The notes under the pieces: model-generated | The model's database searches: none | Seen by the model: only the letters and a program-made list of their open reading frames with translations | Told to the model about the DNA's origin: nothing | Translations under genes and position numbers: made by a program | In this document: piece after piece, positions 9,963 through 19,959 of the stretch | How the letters are laid out: each line of letters starts with the position of its first letter | Numbering within the stretch: the stretch's first letter is position 1 | Source of the DNA: Actinomycetota bacterium | GTDB taxonomy: Bacteria; Actinomycetota; Actinomycetes; Streptosporangiales; Streptosporangiaceae | Assembly (NCBI GenBank): GCA_048498315.1 | Contig: JBEHYF010000009.1 | Location: 1,884 to 65,883, forward strand | Reading direction: 5' to 3' | Length of the DNA: 64,000 bases

Positions 9963-10999
9963 GGGGTCTTCCTCGGAGTTCGGGAGACGGCCGCGGGCCA
10001 CCGGGCCGTAGATTCACGGACGACCAGCAGCGGGTCGACGAGGACCCGCCGCGGCGCACGCGCCGGGTCCTCCACCCGCGCCAGCAGGAGGCGGGTCGCC
10101 TCGGTGCCGACGCGCCCGGGGAACCCGGCGACGCTGGTGAGGCCAGGCTGCTGGTCGGCCGCGTCCGGCACGTCGTCGAAGCTCGCGACGGCGACGTCGC
10201 GGCCGGGTTCCAGGCCGCGGGCGCGCAGCCCGTTGAGGATGCCGAAGGCGTACATGTCGTTGTAGGCGACGATGGCGTCGGGGCACGCCGAGCCGGACAG
10301 GAGCGCCGTGACGAGGTCGGTGCCGCCGGGGCCGCCACCGGCGGCGATCGGCGCGCCGTCCGTCACGGAAACGCTGCGGGTGCCGAGCCCCTCGGTCAGG
10401 CCGCGCAGCCGCTCGCTGCGGGCCGTCGACGTCCGCGGGCCGCCGAGGAACGCGACGGAGCCGACACCGATCGCGGCGAGGTGCTCGCCGATGAGCCGGC
10501 CGGAGCGGACGTTGTCGGCGCCGACGTAGTCGGCCTCGTGGCCGGGGATGGATCGGGCGACGAGTACGTGCGGGATGCCGGCGGTGACGACCGTCTCGTC
10601 GAGGTCACCGGCCCTGCTGCCGCCCGCGGGGACGAGCAACAGGCCGTCGACGCCGTGCTCCGACATGGTCTCCAGCAGCCGCCGCTGGCGGGCCGCCTCG
10701 TCGAGGCTGTAGCCCTGCAGGAGCGTGTAGCCGGCCTCGTGGGTCGTCTCCTCGATCGCCATCATCAGCTCGGCGAAGTACGGGTTGCGGATGGTGGTCA
10801 CCACCAGGCCGAGCGTGCGGGTCCGCGGGGCACGCATCGCGGCCCGCCGGTTGTACACGTAGCCGAGCCGGGCCATCGAGGCCCGCACCCGCGCCTTGGT
10901 CTCCGCGCCGATCTGCGGGCTGTTGCGGAGGACGAGGGAGACGGTCGCCCGGGACACGCCGCAGTCGGCGGCCACGTCGTTGATCGTCGGACGTTTCAC
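9959..10999 (-). CDS. LacI-family transcriptional regulator (paralog A)
   Basis: PTINDVAADCGVSRATVSLVL HTH; periplasmic-binding-protein-like effector domain. Confidence 0.93.
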   Translation of the reverse strand: MKRPTINDVAADCGVSRATVSLVLRNSPQIGAETKARVRASMARLGYVYNRRAAMRAPRTRTLGLVVTTIRNPYFAELMMAIEETTHEAGYTLLQGYSLDEAARQRRLLETMSEHGVDGLLLVPAGGSRAGDLDETVVTAGIPHVLVARSIPGHEADYVGADNVRSGRLIGEHLAAIGVGSVAFLGGPRTSTARSERLRGLTEGLGTRSVSVTDGAPIAAGGGPGGTDLVTALLSGSACPDAIVAYNDMYAFGILNGLRARGLEPGRDVAVASFDDVPDAADQQPGLTSVAGFPGRVGTEATRLLLARVEDPARAPRRVLVDPLLVVRESTARWPAAVSRTPRKTP

Positions 11000-11021
11000 A
11001 GAGCCTCCTTCCTCCTCATTG

Positions 11022-11048
11022 CTAGACCGTTCTAGTAGAACGTTCTAG
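11022..11048. promoter_or_regulatory. Tandem LacI operator: CTAGACCGTTCTAG followed by the perfect palindrome TAGAACGTTCTA
   Basis: Two adjacent copies 22-49 nt upstream of the LacI-A start; central AACGTT core typical of LacI sites. Confidence 0.7.
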
Positions 11049-11281
11049 TAGAGAGTGGCGAAGGTCGGCCCCGCGTGTCAATACCTTGTGTTCTGCTTTT
11101 CCGCCCGGTTACGAACGCGCGAGCCGCCGACGGCGACGCCTCGCGCGAACGAATCCGGCCCGGTCATGGCCTCATCGCACGCCGATCGCCGGCCGGCGTC
11201 GCCGGCGCCCCTGGCACGCCAGGGGTGCCATGCTCGGCCGGCGCGGGGCTCGAGTGCCCGCACCGGCCGCGAATGCCGCGC

Positions 11282-12316
11282 TCAGCCGGCGCGGCCCACC
11301 GGCCGCCCCGCCCACGCCATCGTGGACCCGCGCGGGTGCAGCTCCGCGTCGATGAGCACCGCGCGCGGCGGCCGGTCGCGGTCGTCCAGCCGCTCCAGCA
11401 GCAGCCGGGTCGCCTCCGCGCCCACCACCTCGGGGTGACCGACCGCGCTCGTCAGGGACGGCTGCTGGCAGGCGGCGTCGGGCACATCGTCGAAGCTTGC
11501 GACGGCGACGTCGCGGCCGGGTTCCACGCCGCGGGCGCGCAGCCCGTTGAGGATGCCGAAGGCGTACATGTCGTTGTAGGCGACGACCGCGTCCGGGCAC
11601 CCGGCGCGGTCGAGCAGGCGGTCGAGCAGGGGTCCGCCGCCCTCATCGCCGACCGCGGGGATCGACAACCTCGACGGCAGTTCGAGGCCGAAAGGCCGCA
11701 GGCCCGCGCGCAGGCCCTGGACGCGGTCGTCGCGTGAGGACGAGCCCTCCGCTCCCCCGAGGAACGCGACGGTGCCCACTCCGAGCGTACCCAGGTGCTC
11801 GCCGACGAGCCGGCCCGACCCGACGTTGTCGGCGCCGACATAGTCGGACTCGTAGCCGCGCACCGACCGTGTGATCAGCACGTGCGGCAGCGCGGCCGCG
11901 CCGACGGTCTCCCGCAGGTCGTCCGGGCGCGAGCCGTAGGCCGGCAGGAGGATGAGGCCGTCGATCCGGTGTTCGATCAGGGTCTCCAGCAGGCGGCGCT
12001 GCCGGGCGACCTCGTCCCGGCTGAACCCCTGGAGCAGGGTGTAGCCGGCCCGGGACGCCGCCTCCTCGATGGCCATGGTCAGCTCGGCGAAGTAGGGGTT
12101 GCGCACGTTGGTGGCGACGAGGCCGAGCGTGCGCGATCGCTGGGTGCGCATGTCGGCGGCGCGGCGGTTGTAGACGTATCCGAGGCGGGCCATCGACTCC
12201 CGCACCCGCCGCTTGGTCTCGGCGCCGATCTGCGGGCTGTCCCGGAGCACCAGCGACACGGTCGCCTTCGAGACGCCGCAGTCGGCGGCCACGTCATTGA
12301 TCGTCGGGCGCTTCAT
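11282..12316 (-). CDS. LacI-family transcriptional regulator (paralog B)
   Basis: 50 of the first 54 residues identical to paralog A; start MKRPT at 12316. Confidence 0.93.
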   Translation of the reverse strand: MKRPTINDVAADCGVSKATVSLVLRDSPQIGAETKRRVRESMARLGYVYNRRAADMRTQRSRTLGLVATNVRNPYFAELTMAIEEAASRAGYTLLQGFSRDEVARQRRLLETLIEHRIDGLILLPAYGSRPDDLRETVGAAALPHVLITRSVRGYESDYVGADNVGSGRLVGEHLGTLGVGTVAFLGGAEGSSSRDDRVQGLRAGLRPFGLELPSRLSIPAVGDEGGGPLLDRLLDRAGCPDAVVAYNDMYAFGILNGLRARGVEPGRDVAVASFDDVPDAACQQPSLTSAVGHPEVVGAEATRLLLERLDDRDRPPRAVLIDAELHPRGSTMAWAGRPVGRAG

Positions 12317-12353
12317 GACCCTCCCCAGCACCGCCGCACGCGGCCCAGTCTAC

Positions 12354-12365
12354 TGGAACGTTCTA
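12354..12365. promoter_or_regulatory. LacI operator TGGAACGTTCTA upstream of paralog B
   Basis: One mismatch to the palindrome at 11036-11047. Confidence 0.65.
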
Positions 12366-12404
12366 CCTTCCCTCGGCGTCCCGCGTGCGCGGCGGGGCGC
12401 CGTG

Positions 12405-13286
12405 TCAGCCGAAGGCGGCGACGCCCCGGAGCACCGGGTTGGCCAGCCGGCCGACGCCGGCGATGTCAATGATCACCTCGTCACCCTGCTCGAGGGTCAC
12501 GTCGTCACCGGGCACCGCCGAGGTGCCGGTGGCGAGGATGACGCCGCGCGGGAAGACGTCGCCGCGGTAGAGGTGGGAGACCAGCTCGTCCAGCCGCCGG
12601 TGCAGCCGGGCGGTCGAGGTGGCGCCGCTCCACAGGGGCTCGCCGCCGCGCCGGATCTCGACCGAGATCTCCAGGTCGTAGGGGTCGGCGACGGCCGGGG
12701 CGAGCCGTATCCACGGCCCGATCGCGCACGCGCCGCGGTAGATCTTCGCCTGCGGCAGGTAGAGCGGGTTCTCCCCCTCGATGCTGCGGGAGCTCACGTC
12801 GTCGACGACGGTGTAGCCGACGATCCGCCCGGTCCGGTCGCAGACGACGCCGAGCTCGGGCTCGGGGACGTCCCACGTCGAGTCGGCGCGTACGCCGATC
12901 GGCGCGCCGGGACCGGCGACCCGCCAGCCGAGCGCCTTGAAGAACAGCTCGGGCCGCTCGGCGGAGTACACCCTGGCGTAGATCTCCGCCTCGGTGCTCT
13001 CCTCCATGCGGGCCTGCCGGGACACCTCGTACGTGACGCCGGCCGCCCACACCTCGGTGTCGTGGTCGACGGGCGCGAGCAGCTCGGGATCGCCGGCGGG
13101 CGTGCGCGGCACGGCGGCGAGCCGGGCGGCCAGCTCGCCGGCGTCCATCGCGAGCAGCGAGCCGAGGGTGATGCCGTCCGGCAGGGCGCCCGCGCCGCCC
13201 GCGTCGTCGAGCACGACCCAGGCGGGCCGGCCGTCCGCCCACCGGATCCGGGCGAGGCACGTGGGAGGGGATTCGGTCGTCTCCAT
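12405..13286 (-). CDS. Fumarylacetoacetate-hydrolase family protein (2-keto-3-deoxy-pentonate dehydratase-like)
   Basis: [65 protein letters not shown]. Confidence 0.85.
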   Translation of the reverse strand: METTESPPTCLARIRWADGRPAWVVLDDAGGAGALPDGITLGSLLAMDAGELAARLAAVPRTPAGDPELLAPVDHDTEVWAAGVTYEVSRQARMEESTEAEIYARVYSAERPELFFKALGWRVAGPGAPIGVRADSTWDVPEPELGVVCDRTGRIVGYTVVDDVSSRSIEGENPLYLPQAKIYRGACAIGPWIRLAPAVADPYDLEISVEIRRGGEPLWSGATSTARLHRRLDELVSHLYRGDVFPRGVILATGTSAVPGDDVTLEQGDEVIIDIAGVGRLANPVLRGVAAFG

Positions 13287-13488
13287 GCCCCGATTCTGAC
13301 GCTCGGCGTCGATCGCGTCTGATTCGGCCGGCGGCTCGTTCCGGAGGGTGATCCATCGTTCCGTACGGGGTGACGGCGCGGGCGAATCGGGCGCAGGATG
13401 CCAGAGAGATTCCGGAGAGGACCGGACACGGCGCCCGTGACGGACGGCCGTGGTCCGGCCCCGGCGGACGAGCGGAGAGGAGACCTTG

Positions 13489-15213
13489 GTGACGAGCGAG
13501 AGGCGGAGCGCGGCGTGGTTCGGGGCCACCGGCAGGGCGGGCATGATCTACCGCTCCTGGATGCGGAACCAGGGCTTCGGGCCTGAGGTCTTCGACGGGC
13601 GGCCGGTGATCGGGATCGCGACCAGCGCGTCCGAGCTGGCGCCGTGCAACGCCCACCTGCACAGGGTGGCCGAGTCGGTCAAGCGGGGCGTGTGGGAGGC
13701 GGGCGGCTTTCCGCTGGAGTTCCCGACGATGGCGACCGGCGAGACGCTGATGCGGCCCACCGCGATGCTCTACCGCAACCTGATGGCGATGGAGGTCGAG
13801 GAGCTGCTCCGGGCGAACCCGCTCGACGGCGTGGTGCTGCTGTCCGGGTGCGACAAGACGACGCCGGCGATGCTGATGGCCGCGGCCAGCGTGGACCTGC
13901 CGGCGATCATGGTGACCGGCGGCCCGATGCTCAACGGGAAGTACCGCGGCGCCGACGTCGGCTCCGGCACGCACGTGTGGAGGTTCGAAGAGGAGCTCAA
14001 GACCGGGCGGATGACCCAGGAGGAGTGCTTCTTCGCCGAGGGCTGCATGGCACGCTCCAACGGGCACTGCATGACGATGGGCACCGCGTCCACGATGGCC
14101 TGCATGGCCGAGGCACTGGGCATGCAGCTGCCCGGGTCGGCCACCTGGCCGGCCGTCGACGCGCGACGGTTCGAGACCGCGCAGGCGGCCGGGCGCCGCA
14201 TCGTCGCGATGGTCGAGGAGGAGCTGCGGCCGTCCCGGGTGCTCACGCGGGAGGCGTTCGAGAACGCCATCCGCGTCAACGCCGCCATCGGCGGGTCGAC
14301 CAACGCGATCATTCACCTGCTGGCCCTCGCCGGCCGGGCGGGCGTCGAGCTGGAACTGTCCGACTTCGACACTCTCGCACGCGCCGTGCCGACGCTGGTG
14401 AACCTCATGCCGAGCGGGCGGTTCCTCATGGAGGACTTCTGCTACGCCGGGGGGCTGCCGGTGGTGATGCGGCGGCTCGCCGAGGCGGGCCTGCTGCACG
14501 ACGACGCGGTGACGGTCACCGGCGCCGGCGTCAAGGCGAACGTCGCCGAGGCGGTGTGCTGGAACGACGAGGTGATCACGCCGGTGGACGCTCCGTTCCA
14601 GCCCGCGGGCACCGGCACCGCCGTGCTGCGCGGCAACCTGTGCCCCGGCGGCGCGGTGATCAAACAGTCGGCGGCCTCGCCGCACCTGCTCACGCACACC
14701 GGCCGCGCGCTCGTCTTCGACTCCGCCGAGGCGTACCACGCCGTGTGCGACGACCCGGATCTGGAGGTGGACGCGACGACGGTGCTGGTCATCCGGGGCG
14801 CCGGCCCGAAGGGATACCCGGGCATGCCGGAGGTGTCGAACGTGCCGCTGCCCGCCAAGATGCTCAAGGCCGGGATCACCGACATGGTGCGCATCTGCGA
14901 CGGCCGGATGAGCGGCACCGGCTACGGCACGGTCGTCCTGCACGTCACACCCGAGTCGGCGGTCGGCGGGCCGCTGGCGCTGGTGCGCACCGGCGACACG
15001 ATCACGCTCGACGTCCCCTCCCGCACGCTGACGCTGGAGGTCCCCGGCGAGGAGCTGGAGCGCCGCCGGGCGGAGTGGCGGGCGCCGGAGTCGCCGTTCA
15101 CCAGCGGCTACGCCTGGCTGTACACGCAGCACGTCCTGCAGGCCGACCGGGGCGCGGACTTCGACTTCCTCGTCGGTTCCCGCGGCCACGCCGTCCCACG
15201 CGACTCGCACTGA
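13489..15213 (+). CDS. IlvD/Edd-family sugar-acid dehydratase (L-arabinonate dehydratase-like)
   Basis: [59 protein letters not shown]; GTG after GGAGAGG RBS. Confidence 0.9.
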   Translation: MTSERRSAAWFGATGRAGMIYRSWMRNQGFGPEVFDGRPVIGIATSASELAPCNAHLHRVAESVKRGVWEAGGFPLEFPTMATGETLMRPTAMLYRNLMAMEVEELLRANPLDGVVLLSGCDKTTPAMLMAAASVDLPAIMVTGGPMLNGKYRGADVGSGTHVWRFEEELKTGRMTQEECFFAEGCMARSNGHCMTMGTASTMACMAEALGMQLPGSATWPAVDARRFETAQAAGRRIVAMVEEELRPSRVLTREAFENAIRVNAAIGGSTNAIIHLLALAGRAGVELELSDFDTLARAVPTLVNLMPSGRFLMEDFCYAGGLPVVMRRLAEAGLLHDDAVTVTGAGVKANVAEAVCWNDEVITPVDAPFQPAGTGTAVLRGNLCPGGAVIKQSAASPHLLTHTGRALVFDSAEAYHAVCDDPDLEVDATTVLVIRGAGPKGYPGMPEVSNVPLPAKMLKAGITDMVRICDGRMSGTGYGTVVLHVTPESAVGGPLALVRTGDTITLDVPSRTLTLEVPGEELERRRAEWRAPESPFTSGYAWLYTQHVLQADRGADFDFLVGSRGHAVPRDSH

Positions 15214-15469
15214 GCCACGGCCCCGGCGCACCCGCGCGGGCGGGCTTCCGGGCCGACGGCGCCGTGCGTCCGGTCCCGGAGCAGGGACTTACCCCGTCGG
15301 CTCGTTCGCCGCCACGTGCCTCCTCGCCGTCGTCGTGGCGTCCAGGCCGGCGGGCACCTCTGCGGGGTGGCGCCGGCAAGGGTCAAAACGTCCCAGGCTA
15401 GGTTTCGCGGGCCCGTGTACCGAGCAAGTCGTGACAAGGGGCAATAGGTAAAAACAGGGGGGACTGTCA

Positions 15470-15895
15470 ATGACGACGGCACGTGAAGTCATGCATGTCG
15501 GCTGCGAGTGCCTCGGGGTGAACGAGACGCTGACCACCGCGGCGCGCCGGATGGCCGAGATGAACGTGGGCGCGCTGCCCGTGTGCGGCGAGGACGACCG
15601 GCTCAAGGGGATCATCACCGACCGCGACATCGTGGTGAAGGCGATCGCCACGGGCCGGCACCCGGACCAGGTCAGGGCGGGCGAGATCGTTCAAGGCATG
15701 CCCCTTTGGTGGATCGACGCGAACGCCGACGTCGAAGAGGTGCTGCACCAGATGATGGAGCACAAGATCCGTCGCCTGCCCGTGCTGGAGAACAAGAACC
15801 TGGTCGGCATCATCAGCCAGGCGGACCTCGCGGCCAAGTTGCCCGAAGACAAGGTCGGCGAGTTCGTCGAAGCCATCTCCGCCGAATCGCACTGA
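15470..15895 (+). CDS. hrp1: Tandem CBS-domain protein, Hrp1 (Rv2626c)-like
   Basis: MTTAREVM...GALPVCGEDDRLKGIITDRDIVVK...IRRLPV...GIISQADLA pattern. Confidence 0.8.
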   Translation: MTTAREVMHVGCECLGVNETLTTAARRMAEMNVGALPVCGEDDRLKGIITDRDIVVKAIATGRHPDQVRAGEIVQGMPLWWIDANADVEEVLHQMMEHKIRRLPVLENKNLVGIISQADLAAKLPEDKVGEFVEAISAESH

Positions 15896-16383
15896 GGGCG
15901 CCGGCGAGCGCCTTCTTCGCGTCCTCGCCCGGTGCCCGATGTGGTGTCCGGCGCGCGGGCAGGCGCCCGGCACGTGGGCGCCCGGTGTGTGGCATCCGGG
16001 GCACCTGACCCGTTCCGGCGGCGAAAGGCCTCGGCGGAAGGCCCCGATGCCCCGCGCCGGGCGAAGGCACCGGGCGACGCGCCGTCCGGACATAGCCCTG
16101 ACGCGCCAGGCCGTTCCGGGTGCCCGGCACCACGCGGAGCGGTGCTGCCGCGACGCCGGGTGCCTGGACGCGCCGCCCGGGCACCGGAACGGGAACCGCC
16201 GGGCACCTGGACGGGTGCTGCTGCCAACACACCGACTTGGCCCGGCTGCGCGCCGGTGGGGTCGGCGCGCAGTTCGGCACGCGGCTCCGGCCGCTGGACC
16301 CCGGTGCGGGCGTGGGTGCGTCGCGTCTGATCGCGGCCGAAACGACGCGGCGGCGCCGCCCCGTACCGGTTCCCATGCCACCG

Positions 16384-17000
16384 TCACCTTGCCCCGGTGA
16401 TCCCGCCCGGCTGGAGCGTGGACGCGGCCTGGACGATCTCGTCGGTGCTCGCGCCGTTCCGGTCCTGGCTGTCGACCGTCCAGAGCACCTCGAGCAGCTT
16501 CGGCCGCCGCTCGTCCGCCGCCTGGTCGTCGACCTCGCCGTACGGCGGCCGGAACAGGATCGGGGTCCGGCCGGTGATGCGACTGATCGTCTGCTGCGTC
16601 TTAGCGATCTCCTTGAAGGCGGCCGGCTCGCCGATCTGGGGCAGGTGCGGGTGGGTGTAGGTGTGGTCGCCGATCCACATGCCGGCCGCCGTTCCGCCCT
16701 GAGCAGGCCCGGGTACTGGTCGGCGTGCTGTCCCCGGATGAAGAAGGTCGCCCGGGCACCGCCCGCCCTCAGCGCGTCGAGGAGCTTGGGGGTCGAGTTC
16801 GGGTCGGGGCCGTCGTCATAGGTCAGGGCCACGTACCCGTTCGGGCAGTGGGCGCGGTGCGGCGCGGCGGCGTGCACGGCGGTCACGGGGGCGACCGAGG
16901 CCGTCAGCCCGGCCGCGGCCACGCCGACGGCGGCCGGCGCGGTGCGGATCGGCTGCCGTGCGGTGGACGCGTTCGCCGTGAAGAGCCGATCGTTGATCAC
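16384..17000 (-). pseudogene. Polysaccharide deacetylase (CE4; acetyl xylan esterase-like), frameshifted and 3'-truncated
   Basis: TYDDGP and ATFF in one frame; HTYTHPHL, FRPPYG and DSQD in another, with a 1-nt loss near 16690; stops at QPGGITGAR before the MHD motif. Confidence 0.8.
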
Positions 17001-17057
17001 CTGTTCCCCTCGAATCGACGGAACGGCGGCTGCGCGACCAAGGTCGCTGGAGGAAGG

Positions 17058-17091
17058 CGAAATCTTTCGGATTATTTACCGATAGTTTTCA
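17058..17091. promoter_or_regulatory. BxlR-type boxes CGAAATCTTTCG (17058-17069) and weaker CGATAGTTTTCA (17080-17091)
   Basis: CGAA-Nx-TTCG inverted repeats upstream of the CE4 gene; same motif upstream of the xylanase. Confidence 0.6.
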
Positions 17092-17209
17092 ACACGCAAT
17101 GCCGTGGGTGGGTCATTCCGCGATCCGTCTCCCCGCCGCAGGTCCGCCGGCACGGCGACGTGAAAGGACGGGCCGCAGCATCACCCTGCGGGAGGGGCCC
17201 GGCGGGCCT

Positions 17210-18250
17210 TCAGCGACCGGGCGGCGCGGTGCTCTGCCGCACCACGAGGCTCGTCGCCAGCTCGACGCGGGTGCTGGGCGGCTGCTCGCCGGCCGCCAGG
17301 GCCACCACCAGGCGGGCCGCTGCCGCGCCCATCTGGAACAGCGGCTGGCGCACGGTCGTCATCGGCGGGCCCGCCCACCGCGTGAAGGACAGGTCGTCGA
17401 AGCCCACAACGCTGAGGTCGGCCGGGATGCGCAGGCCCGCCTCGCGGGCGGCCTCGTAGACGCCGAGCGCCTGCAGGTCGTTGGCGGTGAAGATCGCCGT
17501 CGGCGGGTCCGGCAGGCGCAGCAGCTCCCGCGCGTCGCGCAGGCCGCCCTCGACGTACAGGGTCGAGGTGCGCATGAGTGCCGGATCGACCGGCACGCCG
17601 GCGGAGTCCATCGCCGCCCGGTAACCGTCGAGGCGCGCCCGGCAGCACGGCCACTCGGTCGGCCCCCCGATCATTGCGATCCGGCGGTGGCCCAGGTCCA
17701 GCAGGTGGCGGGTGGCGGCCAGTCCCCCGCTCCAGTTGGTGGCGCCCACCGACGGCGTCTCGTGCAGCGGCTCCCCCGTCGGATCCAGCACGACCAGCGG
17801 GATGCCGCGGGTCGCCAGGCGGGACTGCTGGGCGACGGTGAGCTCGGAGAAGACCGCGATCACTCCCGTCGGCCGCCGCGCCAGCACCTGCTCGGTCCAT
17901 GCCCGCCCGGGCGTCAGGCTGCCCTCCATCTCGGTGAGGACGACGGCCAGCTCGTTGTCGCGGCAGACCTGCTCGACGCCACGGATGATCTCCAGCGCCC
18001 ACGGGCTCTCCAGCGCGTGGAAGACCAGCTCCACGACGGGCACCGGCCCGGTGCGGCCGGGCGGGCGGTAGCCCTGCTCCCGGATCACCGCCTCGACCCG
18101 CTCGCGCGTGCCGGGCGCCACGCCCGGCTTGCCGTTCAGCACGCGCGAGACGGTCGGCACCGACACTCCCGCGAGCCGCGCGATGCCGGCGGCCGTCACA
18201 CCACCGCGCCGCCGGCCGCTCTCCGCCGTTTCAGAGCCCGTCCCGGTCAC
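17210..18250 (-). CDS. LacI-family regulator, BxlR-like (xylan/xylobiose)
   Basis: IARLAGVSVPTVSRVLNG HTH; VELVFHALESPWALEIIRGVE and SVGATNWSGG segments characteristic of BxlR-like proteins. Confidence 0.85.
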   Translation of the reverse strand: MTGTGSETAESGRRRGGVTAAGIARLAGVSVPTVSRVLNGKPGVAPGTRERVEAVIREQGYRPPGRTGPVPVVELVFHALESPWALEIIRGVEQVCRDNELAVVLTEMEGSLTPGRAWTEQVLARRPTGVIAVFSELTVAQQSRLATRGIPLVVLDPTGEPLHETPSVGATNWSGGLAATRHLLDLGHRRIAMIGGPTEWPCCRARLDGYRAAMDSAGVPVDPALMRTSTLYVEGGLRDARELLRLPDPPTAIFTANDLQALGVYEAAREAGLRIPADLSVVGFDDLSFTRWAGPPMTTVRQPLFQMGAAAARLVVALAAGEQPPSTRVELATSLVVRQSTAPPGR

Positions 18251-18328
18251 CGCCGCAGTTTACGTCGCCGAATCGGCCGATGGTGGACACCGAATGGCAT
18301 TGCCCGGCCAAAAGCGATCACTGGATAC

Positions 18329-18342
18329 TGCGAAACATTTCA
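18329..18342. promoter_or_regulatory. BxlR-type box TGCGAAACATTTCA between divergent LacI and SGNH genes
   Basis: Matches CGAAA-N2-TTTC(G/A). Confidence 0.55.
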
Positions 18343-18403
18343 GCCGACCGGCGTTCGCGAGCGGCGGCCGGCGCTCGTCCCTCCGACTCGTTAGGCGGGT
18401 AGC

Positions 18404-19705
18404 GTGTTCAGCCATCTTCCAGCCATCCGATCGCGCCGCGCGATCGCGTTGACGGCCCTGCCCCTCCTGTTCGGCATGGCGGCCTCATCGGCGAGCGCCG
18501 CCGCGTCCCCCACCAAGACCGCCGCCCATACGGCCGCCAGCGCCCGTACAGGGGCGCCGGGCTGGGTCACGGCGTGGGCCGGCCCGGCCATGTCCCCGTC
18601 GTCCCTGGTGTCGTCGGTGCAGTCGCTGAACGACCAGACGGTGCGGGACATCGTCTACACGAGCGCCGGCGGGAACGCCCTGCGGATCAGGGTGACCAAC
18701 GCCTTCGGCACGGCGCCGCTGACGATCCGCTCGGCCTCGGTCGCCCGGCAGCTCCGCGGCGCCGACGTCGACCCGGCGACGGCGCATCGCCTCACCTTCC
18801 ACGGGAGCCCGTCGGTCGTGGTACCCAGGGGCGGCTCGGTGCTCAGCGATCCGGTCGCGATGCCGGTTCCGGCGCTGAGCGACCTGGCGGTCAGCCTGTA
18901 CGCGCCCGGCTCGGTATCCCCCGCCACCTACCACCAGTACGCCCAGCAGACGACCTACCTGGCGAGCGGCGACCACGCCGCCGACACGAGCGGAGCCGCC
19001 TTCACCAAGACGGTGGGAACCTGGTTCCTGCTCGACGCCGTGCAGGTCCACTCCCCCGCTCGCGGCACCGTCGTCGCCCTCGGCGACTCGATCACCGAGG
19101 TGCAGGACAAGCAGGACGACAACGCCCGCTGGCCGAACTTCCTGGCGCGCGCCCTCGACGCGCGGTACGGGCCGGCCGCGCCCGCCGTCGCCGACGCGGG
19201 CATCGCCGGCAACCGCGTCTTCTCCGACTCGGTGTGCTTCGGCGTCAAGCTCACCGACCGGCTGGAGCGCGACGTGTTCAGCCAGCCGGACGTCCGCACC
19301 ATCGTGTTCCTTGAGGGCATCAACGACCTCGGCTTCAGCCAGGAGCCGGACAGCGGATGCTACAGCCCGAACACCGATATCAGCCCGCGGCGGCTCATCG
19401 GCGCGTACGAGCGGCTCGCCGCCGCCGCGCACGCGCACGGCGCGCGCATCTACATCGGCACGCTGATGCCGGCCCAGGGCTTCGAGTACTGGAGCGCAGC
19501 GGCGGAGAAGAAGCGCCTGGCCGTCAACGCCTGGATCCGCTCCAACCACGTCTTCGACGGGGTGATCGACTTCGCCTCGCTCGTCGCCTACCCGGGCCAC
19601 CCGGAGCTGCTGGATCCGCGCTACGACAGCGGCGATCACCTCCACCCGAACGCCACGGGCACGCAGGCGATGGCCGACGCCGTCGTCCGCGCGATCGCGC
19701 GGTGA
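18404..19705 (+). CDS. Secreted SGNH/GDSL hydrolase (esterase)
   Basis: Signal peptide; ALGDSIT, GIAGN, LEGINDL, DHLHPN blocks. Confidence 0.9.
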   Translation: MFSHLPAIRSRRAIALTALPLLFGMAASSASAAASPTKTAAHTAASARTGAPGWVTAWAGPAMSPSSLVSSVQSLNDQTVRDIVYTSAGGNALRIRVTNAFGTAPLTIRSASVARQLRGADVDPATAHRLTFHGSPSVVVPRGGSVLSDPVAMPVPALSDLAVSLYAPGSVSPATYHQYAQQTTYLASGDHAADTSGAAFTKTVGTWFLLDAVQVHSPARGTVVALGDSITEVQDKQDDNARWPNFLARALDARYGPAAPAVADAGIAGNRVFSDSVCFGVKLTDRLERDVFSQPDVRTIVFLEGINDLGFSQEPDSGCYSPNTDISPRRLIGAYERLAAAAHAHGARIYIGTLMPAQGFEYWSAAAEKKRLAVNAWIRSNHVFDGVIDFASLVAYPGHPELLDPRYDSGDHLHPNATGTQAMADAVVRAIAR

Positions 19706-19959
19706 GCGCCACGTCGCCCGCGCGGCTCTGACACCGGTTCTCCGGCCAGTGGCCGTGGGTGCCGTCCCATGGCCACCGGCCGGCCCCCGCGAACGGCTAC
19801 GGCGGCCGGCCCACCCGTGCATTGCGCGCCGCGCCCCCGCGCCTCCGCCGAGGCCCGGTCCAGGCCGCCCGTACGAGCGTGGACGGCAGGGCCCCGGCCC
19901 GTGATGGCGGGCCCGGGTCCCGGGCCGCGCGGCGGCGACCCGCGAGGGCGCCGGATGGA

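Noticed and set aside
15284-15297. DosR box upstream of the hrp1-like gene (GGGACTTACCCCGT)
   Set aside because: Only one half-site matches; not distinguishable from chance at this GC content
16300-16400. Possible fibronectin-III-like relic (GKVTVAWEPVRGG) downstream of the CE4 fragment
   Set aside because: Too short to support by eye; no further FN3 motif residues
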